Shown: positions 17,670-28,081 of the stretch, piece by piece
How the letters are laid out: each line of letters begins with the position of its first letter
How positions within the stretch are numbered: the first letter of the stretch is position 1
Assembly: GCA_051003195.1 (NCBI GenBank)
Contig: JBPCLP010000008.1
Coordinates: forward strand, 128,001 to 192,000
DNA: 64,000 nucleotides
Reading direction: 5' to 3'
Origin: Candidatus Sumerlaeaceae bacterium
GTDB lineage: Bacteria; Sumerlaeota; Sumerlaeia; Sumerlaeales; Sumerlaeaceae
Made by a program: the position numbers and the translations under genes
Notes under the pieces: generated by a model
Database searches by the model: none
What the model was told of the DNA's origin: nothing
The model's input: only the letters and a program-made list of their open reading frames with translations

Positions 17670-20372
17670 CTAGCCAGTTGGGGGCGCAAAGAAGCAGTAC
17701 TGGTTCTTCCCCCCCGCTTTTGCTTTGTACATCGCAGCGTCCGCATCGTGGAGCAGCTCGTGTCCTTCCGTGTGTTCGCCGTGGCTGAGTGCAATGCCAA
17801 TGCTGCCGCCGGTCTGTACTTCGCCGGCACGAAGTCGAAATGGCTGCTGCAGTAGATCGAGTATGCGCCTGGCGACTGCCTCCGCATCACTCTTCTCGAC
17901 AAGATCGTACAAGATGATGGTAAACTCGTCGCCGGCCAGCCTCGACACCAGGTCACTCGGGCGCACACATTCGCAAAGCACGCGAGCCACTTCGACAAGC
18001 AGTTGATCACCGGCTGCATGCCCTAATCCGTCATTAACCTCTTTGAATCCGTCCAGGTCCAGGAACAGTAGAGCGATAGCCGCGGCTTCACGCCTCTTTG
18101 CACGCGCAAGTGCACGCTCCAATTCCTCCAGGAAAAATGTTCGGTTCGGGAGTTCGGTAAGAGCGTCGTGATAGGCGCCACGGCGAAGTTGTTCCTCCGC
18201 CCGCTTGCGCTGTGTGATGTCCATCATGGAGCCAATCGCGCGCACCGCGCCTTGATCATCATAATACCCGCGGTCAAACACGACAGAGTACGTACCGTCG
18301 CTGCACCGGAAGCGGTATTCCCGGGACCAGCTTTGCTTCCCCGCCTCCAGCGCCGCATTCACACTTTCAAGAGATGCTTCCCGGTCGTCCGGGTGAATGC
18401 GTTCACTCCACCAGTCAATGTGGGTCTCGCCATGCCCGGATGCGTACCCGAACAGCACTTCAATGTTGTTGTTCCACCAGAGGCTTCCACTTCGGATGTC
18501 CCAATCGTAAATCGCATCCGTGGTCGCTCGCATTACCCATTCGAATCGCTGCTGACTCTGCCGCAGTGCCAGTTCCGCTTCGGCTGCTTTGGTTTCCGCA
18601 TAAGCACGGTCGAACGAGGTGCAGCAATAGTCCGCCAGCTCCTGCAGCGTGTTAAGGTCGTCGGCGGTATATGCTTCCTTTTGGTAACTTTGGATCGAGA
18701 GCACGCCGACATTCCTTCCTTCATGACGTAGCGGGACGTACATGAGTGACGCAGAGGGTTGGCTGCTTCCGAATGGATGTAAGGAGTTGGGATCGGTATT
18801 GACATCATCCCGCAGAATTAATTGCGCGCCCTCGGCAAGAGTTCGATGGGTATTTGGGGCAGCCTCAACCTCGTAATGCTCTCGACCCAGCTCGCGTTTT
18901 TCCGACTCGATAGTATCGAAAACAATAATAGATCTAAAGCTACCACTATCCTCGTCAAAAAGATCGACAAATGCTGCGTCCCATCCAAACAGCGTATCGG
19001 CCGTGTCCAACATGAGTCGCGCAACCTGCTGTTGCGTGGTCGCTGCCACCAGCTTCTGCCCGAGATCACGCACAGCGCTCTGTACCTGTTCACGGCGACG
19101 CTGCCCCGTTATGTCCTGGATTTGTGCAATCAGATAGAGCGGCTGCGCCGTGATATCACGAACGAGTGATGCGCGGAAATTGACCCATACCATTCGATGG
19201 CTGCTATGTATCAGCCGGGATTCGAAATTTACGAAGTCCTTTTCGCCCGAGTAAACACTGAGCAGTTCATCCAGGACGCGTGACAAATCCTCGTAACAGG
19301 TAATACCGTGCAGGCCTGTCGCCAACATCTCGTGCTCCGTGTAACCAACAATCTCACACAGTGAGCGATTTACACGAATCCAGTCTCCATCCGGCCGCAG
19401 CACTCCCAGCCCAATAGGCGCGTGCTCAAACGCAATGGTAAACCTCTGTTCAGCTTCGCGAAGCCGCTCCTGTACGAAAATGCGATCGAAGGCCCCGCTG
19501 CAATAATCGGCGAGCGCTTCCAGAAGATGCAAATCTTCGGAAGTGTAGGCATTCGTCTGATAACTTTGAATGGAAATGATCCCGATCGGCTGCTGATCTT
19601 TACGAATGGGTACGAACATCAGCGATGCGGATCGTCTTTCTATGTCGCCCATCATCACGCCCGTGCCTTCGAGCTGCTCTTGGCGTGCCCGCAGAAGCAG
19701 TTGTGGACCGTGACGCAGCGCCTTTTCAGTATTCGAGCCCGGTACCGGCGCATCGTGACTCGGAAAAGTCTCTGTGCGCACATCGTCAATAAGATCGAAA
19801 TAAGCGATATTGTGCAGCAGTGAGGTTCGTCCGTCGTAGAGCTCTACAAACGCCGCGTCCCAGCCGAAGAGGTCGTCTGCGGAATCAAGAATCACCAGGC
19901 CGGCATCGCGCAACGAGGTAATTGCGCTGAGCCGTTGCCCGAGTGACGACAACACCTCCCTGACTTTGCTGCCGCGCTGGTGCTCTGTCATGTCGCGCAC
20001 TAAAGCGACAAAGTGCTTTTCTCCTTCGGTGGACCATACCACCGCCAGCTTAATCTCGACGGGAAAGGTACTTCCGTCTTTTCGCCTGTGTGTGCCTTGA
20101 AGCGTTTCTGTGTCGCCCGGTTGCATACGGCGCCACATTTCCAGGATCTTTTCGCGTTCCAGCTGCGGCTCGATATTCCAGACGTGCAGCCGCAGCAGTT
20201 CGTCTTCCAGGTAGCCCAGCGACTGCCATGCACGCTGGTTTACGTCCAGGATTCGCCCCTCCTCATCATGCAGGAAGTACGCGTCCGCGGCGGCTTCCAG
20301 TAGCGCACGCAATCCCTGGTCCTTGCGCTGCGCCAGGCGCTGTGCCTCCTTGTTGGTGTCTTCCGCGGTCAT
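17670..20372 (-). CDS. Diguanylate cyclase, PAS-GAF-PAS-GAF-PAS-GGDEF
   Basis: Three PAS/PAC segments; two similar GAF units (LFGWDAAFV...SASLMxVP...SIQSYQ..AYT..DL); HDALTELPNR, DLDGFKEVND, RPSD I-site and AGDEF active-site variant. Confidence 0.92.
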   Translation of the reverse strand: MTAEDTNKEAQRLAQRKDQGLRALLEAAADAYFLHDEEGRILDVNQRAWQSLGYLEDELLRLHVWNIEPQLEREKILEMWRRMQPGDTETLQGTHRRKDGSTFPVEIKLAVVWSTEGEKHFVALVRDMTEHQRGSKVREVLSSLGQRLSAITSLRDAGLVILDSADDLFGWDAAFVELYDGRTSLLHNIAYFDLIDDVRTETFPSHDAPVPGSNTEKALRHGPQLLLRARQEQLEGTGVMMGDIERRSASLMFVPIRKDQQPIGIISIQSYQTNAYTSEDLHLLEALADYCSGAFDRIFVQERLREAEQRFTIAFEHAPIGLGVLRPDGDWIRVNRSLCEIVGYTEHEMLATGLHGITCYEDLSRVLDELLSVYSGEKDFVNFESRLIHSSHRMVWVNFRASLVRDITAQPLYLIAQIQDITGQRRREQVQSAVRDLGQKLVAATTQQQVARLMLDTADTLFGWDAAFVDLFDEDSGSFRSIIVFDTIESEKRELGREHYEVEAAPNTHRTLAEGAQLILRDDVNTDPNSLHPFGSSQPSASLMYVPLRHEGRNVGVLSIQSYQKEAYTADDLNTLQELADYCCTSFDRAYAETKAAEAELALRQSQQRFEWVMRATTDAIYDWDIRSGSLWWNNNIEVLFGYASGHGETHIDWWSERIHPDDREASLESVNAALEAGKQSWSREYRFRCSDGTYSVVFDRGYYDDQGAVRAIGSMMDITQRKRAEEQLRRGAYHDALTELPNRTFFLEELERALARAKRREAAAIALLFLDLDGFKEVNDGLGHAAGDQLLVEVARVLCECVRPSDLVSRLAGDEFTIILYDLVEKSDAEAVARRILDLLQQPFRLRAGEVQTGGSIGIALSHGEHTEGHELLHDADAAMYKAKAGGKNQYCFFAPPTG

Positions 20373-20586
20373 ATCACATATTTAGGCTCGGTGATTTTCG
20401 GGTTATGGATAACGAAGGGTGAATGCTTAGGATCCAGCACAAGCCCCGGCACCTGTTCCGGAGTATATGCGGGCTCCAAAGCACAACTTTCACACAAACC
20501 CGCGGAACTAGCCCTGGTGACCGATATTCTTAGCGCAAGTTCCCTTTTATTACCTGTCCGAGCGGTTGCAACATCTTTTGTCCTGT

Positions 20587-20685
20587 CCAGTGTGCCGAAT
20601 CAGCAGTTCATTACCAGTCCAAAAGGCAAACTTACCCTCGATTCGGCACACAGAACTGATTACGAACTGACGGCAACCCCACTAG
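20587..20685 (+). repeat. ~100-bp dispersed hairpin element, copy 3
   Basis: CCAG-TGTGCCGAATC...GATTCGGCACAC-AGAACTGATTACGAACTGACGG...CTAG. Confidence 0.92.
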
Positions 20686-20702
20686 CGAACGTGCTTGCGT
20701 AG

Positions 20703-23700
20703 ATGCGCGGCTGTTCAATACCTTCGATGACAATGAACCTTCGCTTAAAATGTCGTCAACGCATCCACGGGACTGTACTCGGAATTGTACTGGGTTTCAG
20801 CCTTGGCAGTGCGCAATCGCAAGTCCCGCAGGTTGCCGCCCGCCAGATTGGCAGTGGGTCCTCACCAGCCTCTGAGTCGTGGCAGACAATCCGAAGCCGC
20901 GATGCTGTAAAAGAGGCGCGCCGACAGGACGAAATTCGACGTGGGCTGAGGCCTCCGCTCGGCATTCCGCACGTGCAACCCGAGGAGCATGAGAAGGAAG
21001 AAGACGAACTTCGCCCCGGCCGTGATTCAGGCCCTTCAACTGCGCCCCTTGAAAGGCCACGCTTCAGATTGTCATTGCCTGAAGCGCAACCGCAGGCACC
21101 GCAGGCACTTTCCGGCGCCGGATTTAAGGGCGACGATATGCTCGAAGGTTCGCAGGCAAGCGGCTTCCTTTTTATTCCACCCGATACCCAGGGAGCGATT
21201 GGCCCAAACCATTTTGTGGAGATGACGAATGCTACGGTGAGTGTTTTCACCCGCGCTGGCGTAAAGCTTACAACTGCCTCGCTCGATAGTTTTTTTACGC
21301 TGACTGTCAGCGGCACCACGTATCCGCGCAATGGGTCGACCGATCCGCGCGTGATATATGATCGCCGGTCGGGCAGGTGGTTCGCCTGCATCATTGAAAT
21401 TGGCGCGAGCTCATCCGGCGCGGCCAACAATATCATTCTCGCCGTTTCACGCACCAGTGATGCGATTACAACCGTTTGGGATAAGTACCTTATTCCGACC
21501 GCGCAAGGTGGCGCCACGGGCAACACCAAGTTTAACGACTATGAATCTCTCGGACTCGATGATAACGGCGTGTATTTCGGGATGCGCGTCTTTACCAAGA
21601 GCGGTTCACATGCGCGTATCGTCGTGACTCCCAAGTCACCCCTCATTGCGGCAAGCCCAAGCCTGGGGGCGGTGTCCGACTTTGATTTAATCACGGACAT
21701 GTATTCTACGCCGCAGCCCGGGAATAACTATGACGCGGTAACCTCCACTTCGCGGGTATGGTTTGTCGCCGCGAACCACCAGTTCTATGCGAATATGAAC
21801 TACAGGCGCGTAACCTGGAGCGGAGCAACTGCATCCATTGACGCCGCATCGACCGTGCTGACGACACCGGCTTTCGCGGCCCCGCTGGACGTGCCGACGC
21901 TCAATGCGTCCCTCGACGCCGACGTCGGGGATATGCGCATGATGATGGCTGTCATTCGCAATAATCGGCTGTGGTGCTGCCGTCATGTCGGTGTAAATGC
22001 AAGCGGCGGATCGACCAGCGCGAATCGCACTGCCTGCGAGTTCCTGGAACTCGACGTCTCCACGGCAAACGCCACGCTTGTGCAGAGCGGGCGAGTTTTT
22101 GACACTGCCGCAACTGCTGCACGTTATTACTTCTATCCCTCGCTTGCCGTGAGCGGGCAGGGGCACGTCGCAATGGGTATGTCGGGCGCTAAATCGACCG
22201 AGTTTATTGGTGCATGGACCGCCGGCCGATTTGCGTCGGACCCAAGCGGAACGATGGGAGCCCCCCTTCAGTTCAAAGCCGGTGATGCAAAATACTCGGT
22301 TTCATTCGGCGGTTCACCCAATCGCTGGGGCGACTACAGCTTCACATCGCTGGATCCGAACGACGACATGAGCATCTGGACCATACAGGAATACGCCAGG
22401 ACGCCCAGCGGCAGTCAGGACTTGTGGAGCACCTGGATTGTGAAGGAGCTTTCCGCAGCCCCGACGCTCAACAATCCCGCCGCGAGCGGATTGCAGGGAA
22501 CATCTAATTACAACCTGGCATTGACCGGGACAGGATTTTATGATCCGGGCGCAGGTTTTCCGAATCGTCTGGCAGTGGCATTGAACGGCGGAGCGATCAA
22601 CGGGATAAGCGGCTACGCCGTTACCTACAACTCGCCGACGAGTGCCAACGTCATGTTCAACATCGCAGGCAATGCGTCGGTCGGCACGCGCGATATCGTG
22701 CTCACGAATCCCGACGGCCAGACGGCGACGGTGCTGGGTGGCTTCACGGTAAACGCAGGCGCGCCCAACACCGCCCCGGTCGTTACAGTGCCAGGTGCGC
22801 AAAACGGTTCTGAAGACACGAATCTCGTGCTGTCGGGCATCAGTGTGGCCGATGCAGATTCCGGCGCAGGCGAACTGCAAACCACGCTCACCGTCACAAA
22901 TGGTAAGCTTACGCTCAGTTCGACCGCGGGCCTTACCTTCACAGGCGGAACGAGCAACAATAGTGCTGTTGTCGCATTTACAGGCACCCTGGCGAATACG
23001 AACGCCGCGCTCAACAACCTGACTTACCTCGGCAACCTCAACTATAGCGGTTCGGATTCATTGAATGTTGCCGTGGATGACCGCGGGAATTCCGGCTCGG
23101 GTGGGGCACTGGCGGATTCCGAGAACGTATCCATCACGCTCGCTGCCATAAATGATGCGCCAGTTGTGGCGTCGCCTTCGTCAGCCAGCGGCAGCGAGGA
23201 CGCGAATCTGGCATTGCCGGGGATCAGTGTTTCGGACGTCGACCTTGGGGCGAATCCGGTTCAGTTGGCGCTGGGCGTATCCAATGGAACACTTACGCTT
23301 GGCAGCGTAACCGGGCTAAGTTTCACCGCAGGCGCGAACAGCACCGCAGCGATGACATTCAATGGCTCGCTGGCCAACGTGAACGCGGCACTGGCCACGC
23401 TAAGTTATCAGCCCACCTCCAACTACAGTGGCTCGGATTCAGTGGCTATTACTGCAAATGATCTGGGTGCCACCGGCAGTGGCGGTGCACAGTCCGACGC
23501 TGAGTCCGTTCCAATTACGATAAGTGCCATCAACGATGCTCCGGTGCTGAGTGTTCCGGCCTCGTCAAGCGGTAACGAAGACGCGAGCATTGCCATCTCG
23601 GGAATCAGCGTTGCCGATGCAGACCTTGGCACCAGTCCCGCTCAGGCCACTCTTGGCGTAACGAACGGAGTTTTAAACCTGGGTTCGACAGTGGGCCTGG

Positions 23701-25469
23701 GCTTCACCTCTGGCGCCAATGGCACATCGACAATGACGTTCAGCGGCTCGCTTGCCAATGTAAATTCCGCGCTGTCGGGCCTAAGCTACCTCGCAAACCT
23801 GAATTACAATGGGTCCGACACTCTGTCCATTACCATCAGCGATTTGGGAGGTAACGGATCAGGCGGCATGCTCACGGATGTCGATTCGATTCCGATTACG
23901 ATAGCCGCGATTAACGACCCGCCCATCATTGCGGCTCCGGCATCTGCCAGCGGCAACGAAGACACCAGCATTAGTATCGTGGGTGTCAGCTTCACCGATG
24001 CCGACATCGCTGCTGGCAATCTTCGGATTTCTCTCGGTGCTACCAGCGGCAATCTGAAACTGGGCAGCGTTGCAGGACTCACATTCCTCTTTGGCAACGA
24101 TAACAGCACGACCATGACATTCACCGCCAGCATCGCGGCTGCGAACACTGCCGTAACAGGCCTCGTCTATAGCCCTCCCGCCAACTTCAACGGTGGGGAC
24201 AGTATAACTGTTTCCGCCGGTGACCAGGGACAAACCGGCAGCGGCGGCGCGCTCACGGATAGCGAAACCATTCCCGTTACGGTGACAGCGGTAAATGATG
24301 CCCCGGTACTCACAGCGCCCGGCGCGCAGAACGTCAACGAGGATACCACCTTCACGCTTCCGGCCATTACGTTATCGGACACCGACCTGGGCGCCGGTTC
24401 CATCCAGGTTACATTGTCCTGCACGAACGGGAATATTGGGCTCCCATCAACTATCGGCCTGGCGTTCAGCAGCGGAGCGAACGGCACTGCATCGATGATT
24501 TTCTCCGGCAGCCCGGCCAATGTTTCAACAGCGCTGAACGCAATTACCTATCGTGGTGCTTCGAATTTCAGCGGTGGCGATACGCTCAGCGTCATTGCAA
24601 ACGACCTCGGCAACACGGGATCCGGCGGAGCAAAGACCGACAGCAAGTCCGTGCCGATCACTGTCAATGCCATCAACGATGCACCGGTTCTCAGTGCACC
24701 ACCATCGGCAAATGGAAACGAAGACACGAGTATTACGATTGCCGGCATCAGTGCTGCAGATCCGGATATTGGTGCGGCCAGCCTGCACGTTACGCTGGCC
24801 GTTTCCAGCGGGACACTGAAACTCGCCTCGGTGTCCGGGTTGTCCTTCCTCACCGGGGCCGACGGCACTTCGGCAATGGTATTCACGGGTACTGTGACAA
24901 GCGTGAATTCTGCGCTTAACGGGTTGGCCTATAGCGCGAACTTGAACTATAGCGGCGTGGACAGTCTCGCATTAACCATCAGCGACCAGGGTAACACAGG
25001 GTCCGGGGGCGCGGGTCTCGCGTCGACGTCGATACCGATCAGCATCCAATCGGTGAACGACGCTCCAGTCGTTACGGTGCCCGGCGCGCAGGGCGTTCTG
25101 CACGACACCCCGCTCGTCATCAATGGAACCGCAGCCAGCGACGTGGATCTGGGCGCTGGCGAGCTGCAAATCACATTGTCTGCCAACAACGGAAAGCTTA
25201 CCTTGAACAGCACTGCCGGGCTGACGTTCAGCACGGGTGATGGCACCGGCGATGCACTCATCGTGTTCACCGGCGCGCTCTCTGCCATCAATAACGCATT
25301 GTCGTCTTTGACGTACCTTGGCAATACCGGCTACTCCGGTCCGGACACCGTAAGCGTCACTGCAAACGACCAGGGCTTCACCGGTAGCGGCGGGTTGCAG
25401 TCCGACCTGAAGACCATCTCGATCAACGTGGCGGTACCCGTTGGCATCTCCGAGTTGATCACGGACTAG
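20703..25469 (+). CDS. Large secreted adhesin-like protein: N-terminal globular domain, Ig-like domain, seven cadherin-like repeats
   Basis: Signal peptide; PPDTQGAIGPNH, DPRV.YD and RWGDYS motifs; seven ~127-aa NDAP...ED repeats; C-terminus VPVGISELITD. Confidence 0.85.
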   Translation: MRGCSIPSMTMNLRLKCRQRIHGTVLGIVLGFSLGSAQSQVPQVAARQIGSGSSPASESWQTIRSRDAVKEARRQDEIRRGLRPPLGIPHVQPEEHEKEEDELRPGRDSGPSTAPLERPRFRLSLPEAQPQAPQALSGAGFKGDDMLEGSQASGFLFIPPDTQGAIGPNHFVEMTNATVSVFTRAGVKLTTASLDSFFTLTVSGTTYPRNGSTDPRVIYDRRSGRWFACIIEIGASSSGAANNIILAVSRTSDAITTVWDKYLIPTAQGGATGNTKFNDYESLGLDDNGVYFGMRVFTKSGSHARIVVTPKSPLIAASPSLGAVSDFDLITDMYSTPQPGNNYDAVTSTSRVWFVAANHQFYANMNYRRVTWSGATASIDAASTVLTTPAFAAPLDVPTLNASLDADVGDMRMMMAVIRNNRLWCCRHVGVNASGGSTSANRTACEFLELDVSTANATLVQSGRVFDTAATAARYYFYPSLAVSGQGHVAMGMSGAKSTEFIGAWTAGRFASDPSGTMGAPLQFKAGDAKYSVSFGGSPNRWGDYSFTSLDPNDDMSIWTIQEYARTPSGSQDLWSTWIVKELSAAPTLNNPAASGLQGTSNYNLALTGTGFYDPGAGFPNRLAVALNGGAINGISGYAVTYNSPTSANVMFNIAGNASVGTRDIVLTNPDGQTATVLGGFTVNAGAPNTAPVVTVPGAQNGSEDTNLVLSGISVADADSGAGELQTTLTVTNGKLTLSSTAGLTFTGGTSNNSAVVAFTGTLANTNAALNNLTYLGNLNYSGSDSLNVAVDDRGNSGSGGALADSENVSITLAAINDAPVVASPSSASGSEDANLALPGISVSDVDLGANPVQLALGVSNGTLTLGSVTGLSFTAGANSTAAMTFNGSLANVNAALATLSYQPTSNYSGSDSVAITANDLGATGSGGAQSDAESVPITISAINDAPVLSVPASSSGNEDASIAISGISVADADLGTSPAQATLGVTNGVLNLGSTVGLGFTSGANGTSTMTFSGSLANVNSALSGLSYLANLNYNGSDTLSITISDLGGNGSGGMLTDVDSIPITIAAINDPPIIAAPASASGNEDTSISIVGVSFTDADIAAGNLRISLGATSGNLKLGSVAGLTFLFGNDNSTTMTFTASIAAANTAVTGLVYSPPANFNGGDSITVSAGDQGQTGSGGALTDSETIPVTVTAVNDAPVLTAPGAQNVNEDTTFTLPAITLSDTDLGAGSIQVTLSCTNGNIGLPSTIGLAFSSGANGTASMIFSGSPANVSTALNAITYRGASNFSGGDTLSVIANDLGNTGSGGAKTDSKSVPITVNAINDAPVLSAPPSANGNEDTSITIAGISAADPDIGAASLHVTLAVSSGTLKLASVSGLSFLTGADGTSAMVFTGTVTSVNSALNGLAYSANLNYSGVDSLALTISDQGNTGSGGAGLASTSIPISIQSVNDAPVVTVPGAQGVLHDTPLVINGTAASDVDLGAGELQITLSANNGKLTLNSTAGLTFSTGDGTGDALIVFTGALSAINNALSSLTYLGNTGYSGPDTVSVTANDQGFTGSGGLQSDLKTISINVAVPVGISELITD
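22768..25430 (+). repeat. Seven intragenic ~381-bp cadherin-like repeats
   Basis: N(D/T)(A/P)P starts at about 22768, 23151, 23532, 23913, 24294, 24675 and 25056; units share the GSGG...D motif. Confidence 0.85.
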
Positions 25470-25592
25470 CTCCGGGCATCTGTTGGAGACGCTTAATGCG
25501 TAACCTGTAACCTGTAACCTGTCCGCTCAAATTCCGGTTTGGAATGGCCCTCAGCAGCCCGCATTCGGCAATTCGAACCCGGTGACCACATG

Positions 25593-25692
25593 CTGGTGTG
25601 GTCTGCCGTTAGTTCGTAATCAGTTCTGTGTGCCGAATCGAAGGTAAGTCTGCCCTTTGGTCTGGTAAGGAACTACGGATTCGGCACACTGG
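25593..25692 (-). repeat. ~100-bp dispersed hairpin element, copy 4
   Basis: Minus strand CCAG-TGTGCCGAATC-CGTAG...GATTCGGCACAC...CACA-CCAG; supplies the last codons and stop of the EAL gene. Confidence 0.92.
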
Positions 25693-28081
25693 TATCGACG
25701 AGCTGCCGGCCCATGAGTTGCATGGCGGCGTCGCCATCGACCGGCGCCGAAAAGAAATAGCCCTGGGCAAAACTAGTGCCCAGCGTGCGCAGCATGTCCG
25801 CCTGCTCGCTTGTCTCAACGCCTTCGGCGACAACATCGAGGTTCAGCGTATTCGCGAGAACGAGGATGCAGCGGACGATCTCGGTCGTGTCCTCGGCCGA
25901 GCCCAATTTGTTGATGAAAGACCGGTCAATCTTCAGGGCGTTGAGCGGGAATACCGACAAATAGCTCAGGGAAGAGTAACCGGTCCCGAAGTCGTCGATC
26001 ATGAGCTGCACGTCCATGGCGCGCAATTCCGCTAGGAGCTTTCTTGCAGAATCGCCACCGTCCATCAGCGTGCTCTCGGTGATTTCAAGCTTCAGATGCT
26101 GGGCCGGTAAACCGGTCTCGAGTAATGCGGCAGCAATTACTTTTGGGAACCCAGGTTGAGCAAACTGCCGCCCCGAAACATTGACGCTGATGGTGACGGC
26201 AGACGATTCCGGTTGTTGTTCGAGCGTTTGACTCATCCACGAGCAGGCCTTGCCCAATACCCATTCGCCGATGGGCATGATCAGGCCGGTTTCTTCCGCC
26301 AGCGGGATGAACTCCATCGGAGGAACCAGCCCGTGGTCGGGGTGCTGCCAGCGGACCAGCGCCTCAAAGCCAATAATCTGCCCGCTACTCAACGATACGA
26401 TGGGCTGGTAGTGAAGGCGGAGCTGGTCACGCTCGATTGCACGCCGAAGATCGTTTTCCATGTGCAGCAACGCACGGACGCGCTGATGCATGGCGGTGTC
26501 GAAGATTTCAAAGCGCCCGCGGCCGCCACTCTTAGCGCGGTACATTGCGGTATCGGCGTCACGTAAAATATCTTCGGGACTGGAGTAGGTTGCTTTGCAT
26601 AATGCGATTCCAATACTCGTGCCGATAAACACTTCTTCTCCATCCAGCAGGAACGGTGTGGCGAGCGATTCAAGAATTCGCTCCGCCACCTTGGTTGCGA
26701 AGAACCCGTCGCTTTGCTCATGGATGTTGTCGAGAAAGACGGTGAATTCATCTCCGCCGAGCCGGGCGACGATGTCTTCCTGCCGCAGACATTTCAGCAG
26801 CCGCTGGGTCACTTCGACAAGCAACTGATCGCCAGCCATGTGGCCAAGACTGTCATTGATCACTTTGAAGCGGTCGAGATCCAGGAACAAAACGGCGAAG
26901 GCATAACCAGGATGCCGCTTGGCTCGCGCAACTGCGCGAACCAGGATATCGACGACCGTCGCGCGGTTTGGAAGCCCGGTCAACGAATCGTGGTAAGCGT
27001 CGTGGCGTAGTTTTTCTTCAGCCAGCTTACGATCGGTGATATCCAGCAAGCTGCCGGCCATGCGCACTGCACTGCCGTTGCCGTCACGAATTGCCTTTGC
27101 ACGCGCGCGAAACCAGCAGAAATCCCCCGACTTCGTCTGCAGCCGGAACTCCGCATCAAAATTCGTATTGTTCTCCAGGTGATTGCTAATGGCGTCCAGC
27201 GTGTGGCCTCGGTCGGCAGGGTGCAGGCGAGTTTCGAATGTATCAAAGGTGTCCTCGAGCTCGTCTTCCCCGTAACCGAGCAGCTCCTTATACCGCGGCG
27301 AGTAGTAGACGTCGTTGCTCAGCACATTCCAGTCCCACAGCCCGTCGTTGGAACCGCGAACTGCGATCTGGAAACGTTCCTGATTCAGGCGAAGAGCTCC
27401 CTCGGCCTGCTTTCGGTGGGCGTTTTCCTTCACGAGTTCCACGGTCCGGTTCGCATCGCGGCGCATCTCGGACAAGCTCTGCTTAATGGAGATAAGAAGA
27501 AACACGTCCTCGAAAACGACCCACCCGGCATGCTCCATTGTTCTCCAGACGCTGGCCGACAGAACCCCGTAAACGGACTGGGGCCAGTAAAGACCGCGAA
27601 CAAGATGGTCGACGGACACGACAACGGTGGCCGTGAGCAGCACACGCCAGTCGCGATAAAACGCGAGGAATGCGAGGGAGCCAAAAACGTGGAAGTGCGT
27701 TTCGATCTGGCCGCCAGTCAGGTGAATCAACAGGGCGGAGGTGAGCATCTGACCAATTGCGATGCTGTGGCGCGTCAACGTGGTGCCGGACCGCCAGATC
27801 GCGAGGTACACAGGAAACGCGGCTATGGCGCCGCCGAGGAGAATGGCCGCCCAGACATGCAGGTGCACGTGGCTCTGTGCGCCGGCCCAACTTTTTGGCG
27901 ACACCGTAAGCGCGATGACAATGCCGGCAATCCATTGAAAAATCATAAGCCCGGCAAACATGCGGTCGGTACGCTTGAAGATCTGTTTTAGGTGCTCTCT
28001 AAAGAGCCTGGACGCTTCGTCAGTCACCACTGCGGCAGACAGGCTGGATGCTATTGCAGTGGACACGATGTCTGGCAACAC
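25673..28081 (-). CDS. Membrane sensor-PAS-GGDEF-EAL c-di-GMP cyclase/phosphodiesterase
   Basis: TM domain with IETHFHVFGSLAFLAFYRDWR; PAS (DGLWDW...HPAD); GGDEF; FEAL and DDFGTGYSSL. Confidence 0.93.
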   Translation of the reverse strand: MLPDIVSTAIASSLSAAVVTDEASRLFREHLKQIFKRTDRMFAGLMIFQWIAGIVIALTVSPKSWAGAQSHVHLHVWAAILLGGAIAAFPVYLAIWRSGTTLTRHSIAIGQMLTSALLIHLTGGQIETHFHVFGSLAFLAFYRDWRVLLTATVVVSVDHLVRGLYWPQSVYGVLSASVWRTMEHAGWVVFEDVFLLISIKQSLSEMRRDANRTVELVKENAHRKQAEGALRLNQERFQIAVRGSNDGLWDWNVLSNDVYYSPRYKELLGYGEDELEDTFDTFETRLHPADRGHTLDAISNHLENNTNFDAEFRLQTKSGDFCWFRARAKAIRDGNGSAVRMAGSLLDITDRKLAEEKLRHDAYHDSLTGLPNRATVVDILVRAVARAKRHPGYAFAVLFLDLDRFKVINDSLGHMAGDQLLVEVTQRLLKCLRQEDIVARLGGDEFTVFLDNIHEQSDGFFATKVAERILESLATPFLLDGEEVFIGTSIGIALCKATYSSPEDILRDADTAMYRAKSGGRGRFEIFDTAMHQRVRALLHMENDLRRAIERDQLRLHYQPIVSLSSGQIIGFEALVRWQHPDHGLVPPMEFIPLAEETGLIMPIGEWVLGKACSWMSQTLEQQPESSAVTISVNVSGRQFAQPGFPKVIAAALLETGLPAQHLKLEITESTLMDGGDSARKLLAELRAMDVQLMIDDFGTGYSSLSYLSVFPLNALKIDRSFINKLGSAEDTTEIVRCILVLANTLNLDVVAEGVETSEQADMLRTLGTSFAQGYFFSAPVDGDAAMQLMGRQLVDTSVPNP

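Noticed and set aside
25500..25522. (GTAACCT)x3 short tandem repeat
   Set aside because: Real but very short, in a convergent intergenic region, with no supportable function.
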